Source of the DNA: Syntrophorhabdaceae bacterium
GTDB taxonomy: Bacteria; Desulfobacterota; Syntrophorhabdia; Syntrophorhabdales; Syntrophorhabdaceae
DNA length: 64,000 nucleotides
Direction: 5' to 3'
Assembly (NCBI GenBank): GCA_963665295.1
Contig: OY762209.1
Span: 2,912,001 to 2,976,000, forward strand
The notes under the pieces were generated by a model. That model was given only the letters and a program-made list of their open reading frames with translations. It had not been told where the DNA came from and did no database searches. Position numbers and translations under genes: made by a program. Below, one piece after another: positions 1-9,134 of the stretch. The stretch's first letter is position 1; each line of letters begins with the position of its first letter.

Positions 1-534
1 CTTCACCACAGAACGCCCGCAACGGCTACAGTATGCTTCCTTATGCACATACCGTCTCACCACCGTGCGGGGTCTTATGACAATGTCTTCCTGCACATGC
101 TCACGGATCCCTTCCCCGGGGACAAGAGGGCCTGACCCGCAATGGGGGCATCGATCGGGAGCGGGCACGTGAACCGTCGCATCCACGCGGGCAGGCTCGG
201 GCCTGAACCACCCGGGGTGTCCGACCGGAGCGCCGCGCTTCCTCCCTGCCAAAGAGACCGCATGCTCCGGTTTTTTGTTCGCCTTGAACTGTCTTCGATG
301 CAATGCGGTATTCTTCGCCTTCAGTTCCTCGTTCTCCTTCTCTAAAAGACGGATACGCTTCATGGTGTCATCCAGCCTGTCCCGGAACACATCGATAATC
401 CGAAGATGCTCTTCGTACACCTCATGGGCCCGCTCATATTCTCCAAAGACCCATAGGGTGGAGAGAAAGTTAAGATGGGGGCAATTGTCCTTATAAAGAC
501 AATCGTAGCCGTATGGAGGATAGACCCTCTTCAC
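1..534 (-). CDS. IS66-family transposase, N-terminal part (absent from ORF track, open to window edge)
   Basis: Manual translation from GTG at 534, which overlaps the upstream TGA: MKRVYPPYGYDC...coiled coil RIRLLEKENEELK...RKRGAPVGHPGW...CPHCG...CSRCG, the IS66 linker and zinc-finger signature. Confidence 0.85.
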   Translation of the reverse strand, partial: MKRVYPPYGYDCLYKDNCPHLNFLSTLWVFGEYERAHEVYEEHLRIIDVFRDRLDDTMKRIRLLEKENEELKAKNTALHRRQFKANKKPEHAVSLAGRKRGAPVGHPGWFRPEPARVDATVHVPAPDRCPHCGSGPLVPGEGIREHVQEDIVIRPRTVVRRYVHKEAYCSRCGRSVVK

Positions 535-821
535 TCGCTCTCCTGTTTCAGTATCTCCCAGTTGATCTTAGAAAGCTTCTGTATGAGAAGCCACATCATC
601 TTGTACCGCTTCGTCATCTCCTTCGCCTTCTCGGCAATCTGTTTTCTCACATACACGGTTACGGTCTTCCCCTTCACTTTTGTGGTAAGGGAGTGGCCCG
701 TCATGGAAGGGGACTTGGCCACCGTCCCGATAAGGAAGAAATCCAGCTGTGCGACAATGTCCTCCTTAAGTCTCTCCCGCTGCCTTTTAAGAAGATCGAT
801 TTGTTCCATTGAACCCTCCAC
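531..821 (-). CDS. IS66 accessory protein (DUF6788-like)
   Basis: 96 aa basic ORF (LTTKVKGKTVTVYV), coupled to the transposase by a GTGA overlap. Confidence 0.65.
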   Translation of the reverse strand: MEGSMEQIDLLKRQRERLKEDIVAQLDFFLIGTVAKSPSMTGHSLTTKVKGKTVTVYVRKQIAEKAKEMTKRYKMMWLLIQKLSKINWEILKQESE

Positions 822-1347
822 ATGAGTAGTAGTACTTCTATTATAATACCATCATGGAACAAGGAAATCAAAGGTTTTGTGGAAATTAGACATAATATTT
901 TGCTGGAAAAAGTTCCGGGGGGACTAAACTGTTACGCGTCTGTTTCGGAGTCAAAGGGGGACGACCGTAAATAAGTAAATAACTCTCGACGTTCTTTGTA
1001 GAGTTTCATTGTCGAACAGGCCCGGTCTCTGCATATGTTCCTGCTTTCTTGCGGCAATAGCGAATGCGCTTAAAAAGCCTCGGTGTAGAGCAGCAGGTGC
1101 AGGTGTTACGTATAGGCGAGTGAAACGGTAATACCGACGTTTCAATCCCGGTTATGGGGGCGGTTGGGGAGGGTTTCTCCGGATGACGACGATTAAGACG
1201 AAATGTAGGGTTCCCTGCCGATTCTATCCACCGGTGGTGCGTTTTTAGCGCCATCTCAGGTTGTGGGGTTTGCTTATCGACCGGCTTCGGAGTGTTGGTA
1301 TTCCTTATTCTATCGGACGATTTGAAAGGGAATTCTCCGACAGGCTC

Positions 1348-2358
1348 CTAGCTCCATCCTCTCCTTGCTCTCCGCAGGATTACCGCAAAGAAAGGTATGC
1401 CGATAAGGGAGGTGGTTATCCCTATGGGGATTTCCGCAGTGAGAACCATGCGGGAGACGTCATCGACCACGACAAGGTATATGGCCCCAATGAGGGCCGA
1501 GGCAGGGATGAGGACCTTGTTGTCCGGCCCCACGATCATCCTCGCGATGTGAGGGATGATAAGTCCCACCCAGCCTATCATGCCGGCGATAGCTACCGTC
1601 ATAGCGCTCATGAAGGTGGCCAGAAAGATGAGAATGAAGCGCACCCACTCCACGCGTACCCCGAGCGAACGTGCTTCCTCATCGCCCATGGATAGCGCGT
1701 TGAGGTAGCCGGAGAGCAGCGCGACCAGGCATATGGTTATCACTTGAGGTATGGCGGTAATGAACAAAATCTTCCTGTCTACGAAGGAGAGGCCGCCCAT
1801 GAGCCACCGGACGATGTCGGGAAGCTGGCTATAGGGGTCTGCCACATACTTTACGACGGAAAGGAGGGAAGTGAAAAGGGCGCTGCTTATGATCCCACCC
1901 AGTACAAGGAGGAGGAGCGTGTTCCCCTTGTGCATCTTTGCAATCCCTACCGACACCATGACCGCAACAAATCCGAATACAAAAGCGCTTGCCTGTACGA
2001 CTGCCCATTCTTTCGAAAATACCATACCGAGGGCTGCCCCAAAGGATGCCCCCGCAAGCACCCCCAGGAGTCCCGGCGACACGAGGGGGTTCAGGAACAT
2101 GGCCTGAAAGGTTGTTCCCGATACGGAAAGGCAGGCTCCGATAAGTAGGGCCGCCAGTATCCTGGGAAGGCGAACGTACATGAGCAGGTTGCCGATCACT
2201 TCGTGGCGCGCATCGTGCCCGCTCCCATGGAATATTTCCGCGAGGAAAAAACCCAGCACGTCCTTCAGAGGGACGTGGTACTTGCCCATGGTAAGGGATA
2301 CTGCCACAGCAAGAATGAGAAGCGCGGTCAGAAGAGGGAATATGCCGTACCGCTTCAT
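1348..2358 (-). CDS. FecCD/BtuC-family (MolB-like) ABC transporter permease
   Basis: RLPRILAALLIGACLSVSG, NPLVSPGLLGV, GDEEARSLG, GMIGWVGLIIPHIAR, EIPIGI motifs. Confidence 0.93.
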   Translation of the reverse strand: MKRYGIFPLLTALLILAVAVSLTMGKYHVPLKDVLGFFLAEIFHGSGHDARHEVIGNLLMYVRLPRILAALLIGACLSVSGTTFQAMFLNPLVSPGLLGVLAGASFGAALGMVFSKEWAVVQASAFVFGFVAVMVSVGIAKMHKGNTLLLLVLGGIISSALFTSLLSVVKYVADPYSQLPDIVRWLMGGLSFVDRKILFITAIPQVITICLVALLSGYLNALSMGDEEARSLGVRVEWVRFILIFLATFMSAMTVAIAGMIGWVGLIIPHIARMIVGPDNKVLIPASALIGAIYLVVVDDVSRMVLTAEIPIGITTSLIGIPFFAVILRRARRGWS

Positions 2359-2496
2359 GGCTGGAATGTCTTTCTCATCTTGCTCTTAAAGCTCCCTTAC
2401 TGTTTCCATCTTTTGCAATAGCCGTGAATGGGGTAGTCAGCCGTCCATGACAATATATCGGTGTCACTCGAAAGCCTCCGACTGATCTCCGAAGTT

Positions 2497-2555
2497 CGAT
2501 GTTCTGTAGATGACATAACGACCGTTATATATAACGGGAGTTATCCCCTCGTCAA
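2497..2555 (-). promoter_or_regulatory. Leftward promoter (-35 TTGACG) with two tandem ModE-type boxes
   Basis: Plus strand 2497-2520 CGATGTT-N10-CATAACG and 2523-2546 CGTTATA-N10-GTTATCC; CGTCAA at 2550-2555. Confidence 0.65.
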
Positions 2556-2644
2556 CACATTATTTTATCCCGCCCATGATTGCGATGAATCGATTTTGTT
2601 CAACGGGTAGACGCGTCTTCTATAAATGAACCTGCAAAAAGTGC

Positions 2645-2704
2645 TTGACACCTCGTTATAGTTTGTGCGATATAACGTACGGATATATACCTTAGAACAT
2701 AACG
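2645..2704 (+). promoter_or_regulatory. Rightward promoter (-35 TTGACA) with two tandem ModE-type boxes
   Basis: TTGACA 2645-2650; perfect inverted repeat CGTTATA-N10-TATAACG 2654-2677; GGATATA-N10-CATAACG 2681-2704. Confidence 0.75.
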
Positions 2705-2875
2705 TTCCGGGGGAATTCAACCAAACTGCAAAGCCAGTCGGCATGTTATCCGTCCATTCTCCTTTGCCCCTATATACAAGGCGCATGAGAGTAAGATGAC
2801 TGCACCTTGAGTATAGAAAAGCATTGGCTTATTTGGCCTTCTGTCATGCAAGGGCCGAATCGATGAGGAGAACCT

Positions 2876-3694
2876 ATGATCATCAAATCTCATGAACGGC
2901 AGCCGGGCGCAATGAGCCGCTTGTTTTGGGAGGATAAGGCCGCCGGGTACACCCTTCCTTTTGAGACAAGAACATTTTCACGGACATCGCGTATCCTCGA
3001 CTATATTGCCGATAACGGCATCCTCATCACCGGGGCAAGGCTCCTTGATGTAGGCTGCGGAACCGGTGCCTTTGCTCTTCCCTTTGCTCAGCGAGGGGCT
3101 TCGGTTACGGCCCTTGATATCTCAGCCAATATGTTGGAACGCCTTGCTGCAGAGGCTGAGCGTCTGCACGTTGGTCCGGTGAGGCCCATACGTATTTCAT
3201 GGAAAGCAATCGACACGAGGGAGACCGGTCTGGAGGAGGCCTTTGACATTGTGGTTTCGGCGTTCTCGGCAGCAGTAAACACGGAGGAAGATCTATTGGC
3301 AATGGAGCGATGCTCGACGAAATGGTGTGTCTCCATTGCTTCAGGCAAAATACGCCGCACCGCCCTCTGCGAGAAGATATTAGCCGATTGCGGCGCACCG
3401 TCCGACCCGAACCCCGACACGCGCAAAATCAGGAGAAAGCTGACAAAGATGGGGAGAACCTTCCGTTTCTGGTCCTTCACCGAAACAGTAGACGAGGAGA
3501 GAAATCCGAAACAGATTGCCGAGCAGGTCGTCAACCGCCTGGAAGCGGCAGGAAAAGAGTTCGACCGGGATTCAATCATCGCCAGGGTACTGGAACTGTG
3601 TGCGATTTATGGAGGAGAACGAAAGACCATCGAGTGTCATGGGAGCATTGCTGTCGGCGTACTCATGTGGAGGGTTGATGGAAGGCAAGCCTAG
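2876..3694 (+). CDS. Class I SAM-dependent methyltransferase
   Basis: LLDVGCGTG motif I, VTALDISANML, FDIVVS; RBS GAGGAG. Confidence 0.9.
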   Translation: MIIKSHERQPGAMSRLFWEDKAAGYTLPFETRTFSRTSRILDYIADNGILITGARLLDVGCGTGAFALPFAQRGASVTALDISANMLERLAAEAERLHVGPVRPIRISWKAIDTRETGLEEAFDIVVSAFSAAVNTEEDLLAMERCSTKWCVSIASGKIRRTALCEKILADCGAPSDPNPDTRKIRRKLTKMGRTFRFWSFTETVDEERNPKQIAEQVVNRLEAAGKEFDRDSIIARVLELCAIYGGERKTIECHGSIAVGVLMWRVDGRQA

Positions 3695-4760
3695 AATGGG
3701 GATGGCGCAAAGAAGGTCCGGGGCCCGTCCCCTTCTCATCATCATTCTCGCAATCACCTTCGCCGTCGCGTGGGCTCTTGTTTCCGAATCCCGGGAAATC
3801 ACGGACATGGCGGGCCGTAAAGTCATTGTGCCGGAAAAGATCAACAAGGTCTGCACGGATTGGCCTCCAGCGATGTACCTGGTCTATGTCATGGATCACT
3901 CTCTTCTGGCCGGGGTTAATGCCCGTTTTACAGACGCGCAGAGGGATTATGTGTCTGCCCATGCCCGCTCGCTTCCCGTGGTGGGCGGATTTTTCGGGCA
4001 GGGACAGACTACCAACATTGAAGCGCTTTTAGGAGTGAAACCAGACATAGTCATCGCCGAGATGTGGGGAGACAGAGCCGTGAATTCGAGGTCCGAGGAC
4101 CTTCTCGGGAGGTTCGGCATTCCGGTTGCCTATGTAAATATCGATAGGACACACGATTACCCCAATGCAATACTTTTTCTGGGAAGACTACTCGGGAGAG
4201 AGGCTCGGGCCCGCACTCTGAGCGACTACGCCAGAGGAGTGCTGGAGGAAGTCGGCCGCGCCGTCCGTTCCGTGCCCGTCGGCAAGCGTCCACGGGTCTA
4301 TTATGCGGAAGGCTCAACAGGGCTCTTCACCGAGTGTGATACGTCTGCTCATATCGAACTCATTGCCCTGGCGGGCGGCACGAATGTCCATCACCGTGAA
4401 AACGGAAAGTTCAAGGTAAAAGGCAGGGAACCTATCAGCATTGAACAGGTGCTGCGGTATGATCCTGAAGTGATTTTAGCGGCTGAACCCTCCTTTTATC
4501 AGAGCGTCTTTAAGGATGTGAAATGGCAAAACATCAAGGCAGTCAAAACCGGTCGAATCTATCTGACCCCCCGGCTCCTTTTTAACTGGTTCGACCGACC
4601 TCCTTCCGTCATGCGCCTCCTCGGCATACAATGGGTCGCCTGGCGCCTCCACCCCGAAGTCTATCGCATAAATATGGAAAAGGAAGCAAGGCGGTTCTAC
4701 CGTCTTTTCCTTGGACTCGATATACCGTCCGCCACAATGAGGGGAGTCATCGGACCGTGA
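3678..4760 (+). CDS. Class III (helical-backbone) ABC substrate-binding protein, BtuF/MolA-like
   Basis: N-terminal hydrophobic segment, ITDMAGRKV, NIEALLGVKPD, SIEQVLRYDPEVI, WQNIKAVKTGRIY, WFDRPPS; start moved to ATG 3678. Confidence 0.88.
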   Translation: MEGKPRMGMAQRRSGARPLLIIILAITFAVAWALVSESREITDMAGRKVIVPEKINKVCTDWPPAMYLVYVMDHSLLAGVNARFTDAQRDYVSAHARSLPVVGGFFGQGQTTNIEALLGVKPDIVIAEMWGDRAVNSRSEDLLGRFGIPVAYVNIDRTHDYPNAILFLGRLLGREARARTLSDYARGVLEEVGRAVRSVPVGKRPRVYYAEGSTGLFTECDTSAHIELIALAGGTNVHHRENGKFKVKGREPISIEQVLRYDPEVILAAEPSFYQSVFKDVKWQNIKAVKTGRIYLTPRLLFNWFDRPPSVMRLLGIQWVAWRLHPEVYRINMEKEARRFYRLFLGLDIPSATMRGVIGP

Positions 4761-4880
4761 AGACGGGCTCGGCACTGAAAGGTTTCTTGTCTCCTATGCA
4801 TGAAAAAAGGGTTCGCCCTTCTGTGCGAGCCCCGAAAAGTTTTCTTCCCGGCACACACATTTTCTTAAGGAGGTCGTTTC

Positions 4881-7034
4881 ATGTTGAATCTTTTTTATCT
4901 CTTCCTGACAATCGCGCTGCTCATATTTCCCGTCTCCGCATTGGCGGACGGAGAGAGGCAACCAAATAAGGTGCCCGGCTCCGGACAGACTGACCCTTCA
5001 GCCGGAGCTAATGCACAGAAGCCTTCGCTCACGTTGTCCGAAATATTCGTGACCGCAACGAAAACCGACGTTCCGTCCCAATATGCCCCTTTCACGACTT
5101 ATACGGTGGACAGAGAAAACATCGAAGCACAGCCTGATTACTTCAAGTCAAACTTTGGTTCACTCATTCAGGATCTACCCGGGGTATATGTGGGCCAGGC
5201 GCCGGACAAGAATGCGGCATGGGTAAACCTCAGAGGGACGGGAGATCCCAGCGCGAGGGTTGTCTATCTCGTGGACGGCGTGCCGGTGGGCTCCTCGATA
5301 CCGCTTACCTACTCAGTCTCCAACAATGATATAGAAAAGATCGACGTGCTCATGGGACCCTCTTCGGCCCTCTACGGCGCAAATGCATCGGGTGGCGTGG
5401 TAAACATCATTACACGGCAAGGCACAAAAGGCATGGGATCCACCATGTCATTGGGTTATGGAAGCAACAGTACCTATCGCCCTCACGCAAGCGTAGGAAA
5501 CGAGGTGTTGCGCGGCGACAATCGTTTCCACTATTACCTCTCCTACTCCGGCGACCATACTGACGGTACTCGCAACATTCCCATTGACAATTCACTAAGA
5601 ATATATTCAAAAAGTCCTTCCACGCTGAACACGTCGACAGTCAATAGTGCAGACCACGACTACAATTATCTTGCCGGGAAGGTGGGATGGAAGGGGTCAA
5701 ACGGGGAGAGTCTCACCCTTGCCTATAATTGGGCGAACATAACGATTAACGGAGGCCAGCCCAATCTCATTCCCGTTGACGACGGGAAACAGGGTGTCGG
5801 AAGTCTCAGGTTTCAGTTCCCGATTAAAGACATTATGAAAGTGACTCTCACAGGAGGACACCAGTACTGGAATAGGCCGGCAAAAACGGATTTTGGTATT
5901 TCCCTCAATAAACAGAATAATCTCGTCTTCAACTGGACCAAGCGCTACTCGCAGGAATCGAAAGTCCGGAGGATACCACTGGAACTTCAGAACGACTTCT
6001 ATCTGGGGAAGAACAACGTACTCACTGCAGGTGCTTTCTATAGCACTGAAGAGATCGATTCTGCGACGAACAATTGGGTGAATGCGAAATCCGTTTCCAA
6101 AACGAATTACAGTACAGACCAGCGAGCCGTCTACGCGCAGGACCAGGCTTTCTTCTTTGACAAGAAACTTTCCCTATTAGGGGGAATTCGCTATGACGAG
6201 TGGAAATACCACGGTATATACGACAGTGCTTCTACCCCCAAGAACCGGAGCGGCACTTCCAGTGACACCTTCACCTATCGGGGAGGCGCGAAGTACCGGA
6301 TCAACGATAATCTTGCCGTAAAGTCATCTGCCGGGACGGCATTCTACCCCGGTCTGCCGACATGGTATTTTCAAAACACCACTACCGGGACCACATGGCG
6401 TGTTGCGAACCCCGACCTCAAGCCGGAGGAAACCTGGATGGTCGATCTTGGACTGGAAGGACAATACAAGAAGACGGGCACGTCCTTCAGCACGACTGCC
6501 TATTACGGGAAAATTACTAACATGTTTTCGGGCGTCTACAGCACTCACCCTACTATCAAGGGCATTTCGCTACTCAAAATCGAAAACGTCGGCAAGGCCG
6601 AAATCTATGGCCTTGAAACCCGAGTTGAGCAACGCATCCTGGAGCGTCTTTCCGCCTCCATAAATGTCACTTTGAATCAGTCACGCATCGTCGAGGATCC
6701 CAATAATTCCGGAAATCGCGTGGCCAATACGCCCAATGTAATGGGAAACGTAACTCTAAAATACGTAAATCCGAGCCTCATCAATGGAACCCTCATATTC
6801 CGCTATGTGGCCAATCAGTTCTATGATAACGAAAACACCGGCCTTCCCTTTTACCACATGAGCCCCTATGAGACGGTGGACATGAAGATATGGCGCGACT
6901 GGAAACTGACGAACAGGAGCATATTGAGGACGGCGCTTACAATTGAGAACATCCTGGACAAGAAATTTGCCCAGGAATATGTCTACATGAATCCTGGTCG
7001 CGTCATAATGGGCGTGGCGAGTATCAATTTCTAA
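4881..7034 (+). CDS. TonB-dependent outer-membrane receptor
   Basis: Signal peptide, TonB box EIFVTAT, plug motifs (LVDGVP, IEKIDVLMGPSSALYGANASGGVVNIIT), NPDLKPEE, C-terminal Phe. Confidence 0.95.
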   Translation: MLNLFYLFLTIALLIFPVSALADGERQPNKVPGSGQTDPSAGANAQKPSLTLSEIFVTATKTDVPSQYAPFTTYTVDRENIEAQPDYFKSNFGSLIQDLPGVYVGQAPDKNAAWVNLRGTGDPSARVVYLVDGVPVGSSIPLTYSVSNNDIEKIDVLMGPSSALYGANASGGVVNIITRQGTKGMGSTMSLGYGSNSTYRPHASVGNEVLRGDNRFHYYLSYSGDHTDGTRNIPIDNSLRIYSKSPSTLNTSTVNSADHDYNYLAGKVGWKGSNGESLTLAYNWANITINGGQPNLIPVDDGKQGVGSLRFQFPIKDIMKVTLTGGHQYWNRPAKTDFGISLNKQNNLVFNWTKRYSQESKVRRIPLELQNDFYLGKNNVLTAGAFYSTEEIDSATNNWVNAKSVSKTNYSTDQRAVYAQDQAFFFDKKLSLLGGIRYDEWKYHGIYDSASTPKNRSGTSSDTFTYRGGAKYRINDNLAVKSSAGTAFYPGLPTWYFQNTTTGTTWRVANPDLKPEETWMVDLGLEGQYKKTGTSFSTTAYYGKITNMFSGVYSTHPTIKGISLLKIENVGKAEIYGLETRVEQRILERLSASINVTLNQSRIVEDPNNSGNRVANTPNVMGNVTLKYVNPSLINGTLIFRYVANQFYDNENTGLPFYHMSPYETVDMKIWRDWKLTNRSILRTALTIENILDKKFAQEYVYMNPGRVIMGVASINF

Positions 7035-7055
7035 TCTTCTTCCGGGTGAGGCGCC

Positions 7056-8243
7056 ATGAAAAAGAATGTTCTCATAAGCGTTGATCAAGCACTTGAATCT
7101 TTTCTGGATGTCGTGGACCCTCTGGAGAGAACAGTGATCATTTCTCTGGAAGATGCCGACGACAGGGTCCTGTCCAGGGACATTACCGCGCCCATGGATT
7201 ACCCCCATTACGACCAGTGTATTCTGGACGGATACGGGGTGCAGGCCGCTGATACGGTTGGTTGCGGGGAGGACTCGGGGAGAGCCCTCGCTCTCGCCGC
7301 AGGTGGCCATGTCACGAGCGGTTTCTTTAAGAGGGCCCACACGGGAGACATGTTGCCTTCCGGCGCCGACGCGCTTCTTCCTCTTGAAGTTGCGGTAGAA
7401 AAGGCCGGAGGCATTATTGCCTTCAAGGAGTTGAAAATAGGTGAATGGGTCTGGCCGAAGGGAGGCGGGATAGGCGAGGGCGATGTGGTGTACAGGAAGG
7501 GAATGCGGTTAAAGCCCACCGACATCGCCATGCTTGCCAAGCTCGGAATTTCCCACGTGGAGGCATATGACATGCCCCGCGCGCTTATAGTGCCCACCGG
7601 CGACGAGTGCATCAGGAGAGGTGAGAAGATCGAGCCGGGATTCGTCTTTGAAACAAATGGGCTTATGTGCTGCCTTCTCGTGAAGCGGTATGGCGGCCAT
7701 CCTACGCTCCACGACATAGTGGGCGACGAGGAGGAGAAATTGAAAAATGTCCTGACTGAGGGGAGCGGTTATGATCTGGTGGTCACCATCGGGGGGAGCT
7801 CCGCGAGTGCGAGGGACCTCATGGAGCGGACGGTAGCATCAATGGGGGAAGTGCTTTTTCACGGAGTTGCCTTACACCCCGGAAACCACATGGGCGCGGG
7901 TTTCATAGGAAACGGCGAAAAGAGAACGCCTGTTATTTTTCTGCCTGGTTACACCGAATCATGTGCGGTCGCTGCCTTCACCTTTGTCGATAAGGCGGTC
8001 ACGAGGCTTGGCCATTATCCCTCGTCGCGCCGGGTAGGTTCAGCGGCCGAACTCACAGGGAAAGTGACCACATCTCTCGGAGTGCGGGCGGTAAGGAAAG
8101 TCAATGTGTGCAATGGGAAGGCCCGCCCGATCAAGATGCTGGGTGAGTCGGCCCTTGAGGGAGAATTCGGGTACCTCGTGGTTCCGGAAGATCGATCCGG
8201 TTTTGAGGCAGGCGATTTTGTGGAGGTGACCTACCTGGAGTAG
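7056..8243 (+). CDS. moeA: Molybdopterin molybdotransferase MoeA-like protein (divergent)
   Basis: ISVDQAL, RVLSRDITAPMDYP, DGYGV, TGDMLPSGADA, PTGDE, TIGGSS; several conserved motifs altered. Confidence 0.8.
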   Translation: MKKNVLISVDQALESFLDVVDPLERTVIISLEDADDRVLSRDITAPMDYPHYDQCILDGYGVQAADTVGCGEDSGRALALAAGGHVTSGFFKRAHTGDMLPSGADALLPLEVAVEKAGGIIAFKELKIGEWVWPKGGGIGEGDVVYRKGMRLKPTDIAMLAKLGISHVEAYDMPRALIVPTGDECIRRGEKIEPGFVFETNGLMCCLLVKRYGGHPTLHDIVGDEEEKLKNVLTEGSGYDLVVTIGGSSASARDLMERTVASMGEVLFHGVALHPGNHMGAGFIGNGEKRTPVIFLPGYTESCAVAAFTFVDKAVTRLGHYPSSRRVGSAAELTGKVTTSLGVRAVRKVNVCNGKARPIKMLGESALEGEFGYLVVPEDRSGFEAGDFVEVTYLE

Positions 8244-8352
8244 CGGGAGTTCTACGCAAAGTGTTCCGGGTGTCGTGAGGACGATGGGAGCGGTTCCGAT
8301 ACGAGGCGGCGCATCCGGGTGAACTATTCTCAGGAGATGGAAGGAATCGGAC

Positions 8353-8922
8353 ATGGTGGACAATCTCAACAGAGTGGTTGTGGTGTATGGGACGAAGTAC
8401 GGAAGCACACAACGCTACGCGGAGTGGATTGCAGAAAGGACTCGTGCCGAAATTTTCGATGTGTCCGTATTTGACCAGTCCCGGTTCAATGAGTATGACA
8501 TGGTTTTGTTCGGGTCTCCTGTCTATATGGGACGAATAAAATATGCTCCTTTCATAAGACGCAACTGGAAGATCCTGAAAACGAAGCGAGTAGTCATCTT
8601 CAGTGTGACAGGAGTACCGCCTGACGATCTCCGCCAGGAAAAAGTGTTCCGCGCCAGCCTCCCCATTGAAATACGGCAAAAGGTTCTATATTACCCGCTT
8701 CGCGGAGCATTCAACTACAGGAACCTGACTTTTGTGGATAGGCTGCTTATGAGCGGCCCGCGAGTGAGACTGCAGGCCCTGTGCTGGATAGCGAGAGATA
8801 GAAGCGCGAGAGAATCGTTGGCCCGTTTCTACAGTCCCCTGGACTGGACGAGCGAAGCCGCGATAGAGCCGATAGTGGCACTAGTGACCTCGGGAAGGGC
8901 ACAGGCTCCGCTGGAACACTGA
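8353..8922 (+). CDS. Flavodoxin-domain protein (HemG/Flavodoxin_5-like)
   Basis: VVYGTKYGSTQRYAEWIA FMN-binding loop, GSPVYMG, LRGAFNY, DWT. Confidence 0.85.
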   Translation: MVDNLNRVVVVYGTKYGSTQRYAEWIAERTRAEIFDVSVFDQSRFNEYDMVLFGSPVYMGRIKYAPFIRRNWKILKTKRVVIFSVTGVPPDDLRQEKVFRASLPIEIRQKVLYYPLRGAFNYRNLTFVDRLLMSGPRVRLQALCWIARDRSARESLARFYSPLDWTSEAAIEPIVALVTSGRAQAPLEH

Positions 8923-8936
8923 CGTACGTCCATGCA

Positions 8937-9130
8937 ATGGAGGTCGAGGAGAAGCCCCTCCTCAAAGCCATGGGCCGGGTGTCGGCGGAGGATGCCCACG
9001 CCGGTATCGACCCGCCCCCGTCCGCCATTTCCGGTCCCCATGGGTATACGGTGAGGTCAACCGACATCAAAGGGGCGGGCCGGGCCACACCCGTGACTCT
9101 CACCATAGTCGAGACGGTGAGGGGGCAAAT
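8937..9130 (+). pseudogene. Truncated second MoeA (N-terminal fragment)
   Basis: EEKPLLKAMGRVSAED...IDPPPSAISGPHGYTVRSTDIKGA...PVTLTIVETV resembles MoeA domain I; similarity stops at the IS remnant. Confidence 0.7.
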
Positions 9131-9134
9131 CTTT

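Larger units (their letters stand above)
1..935 (-). mobile_element. IS66-family insertion sequence, left part (runs off the window edge)
   Basis: Minus-strand end reads GTAACAGTTTAG from 935 (IS66 ends typically start GTAA), followed by a small accessory ORF and a transposase ORF. Confidence 0.75.

Noticed and set aside
1139..1163. Isolated CRISPR-repeat-like string (minus strand CCGCCCCCATAACCGGGATTGAAAC)
   Set aside because: Single copy, no partner at a 60-70 bp period, no good hairpin; only the ATTGAAAC end resembles a repeat
951..1254. Short ORFs downstream of the permease as the missing ABC ATPase
   Set aside because: No Walker A/B or signature motif in the provided translations
2599..2615. 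13/17 match of spacer 2 within the divergent Mo-locus control region
   Set aside because: About one such match is expected by chance in 64 kb on two strands; position 1 mismatches and the flank is TTG, not TTC
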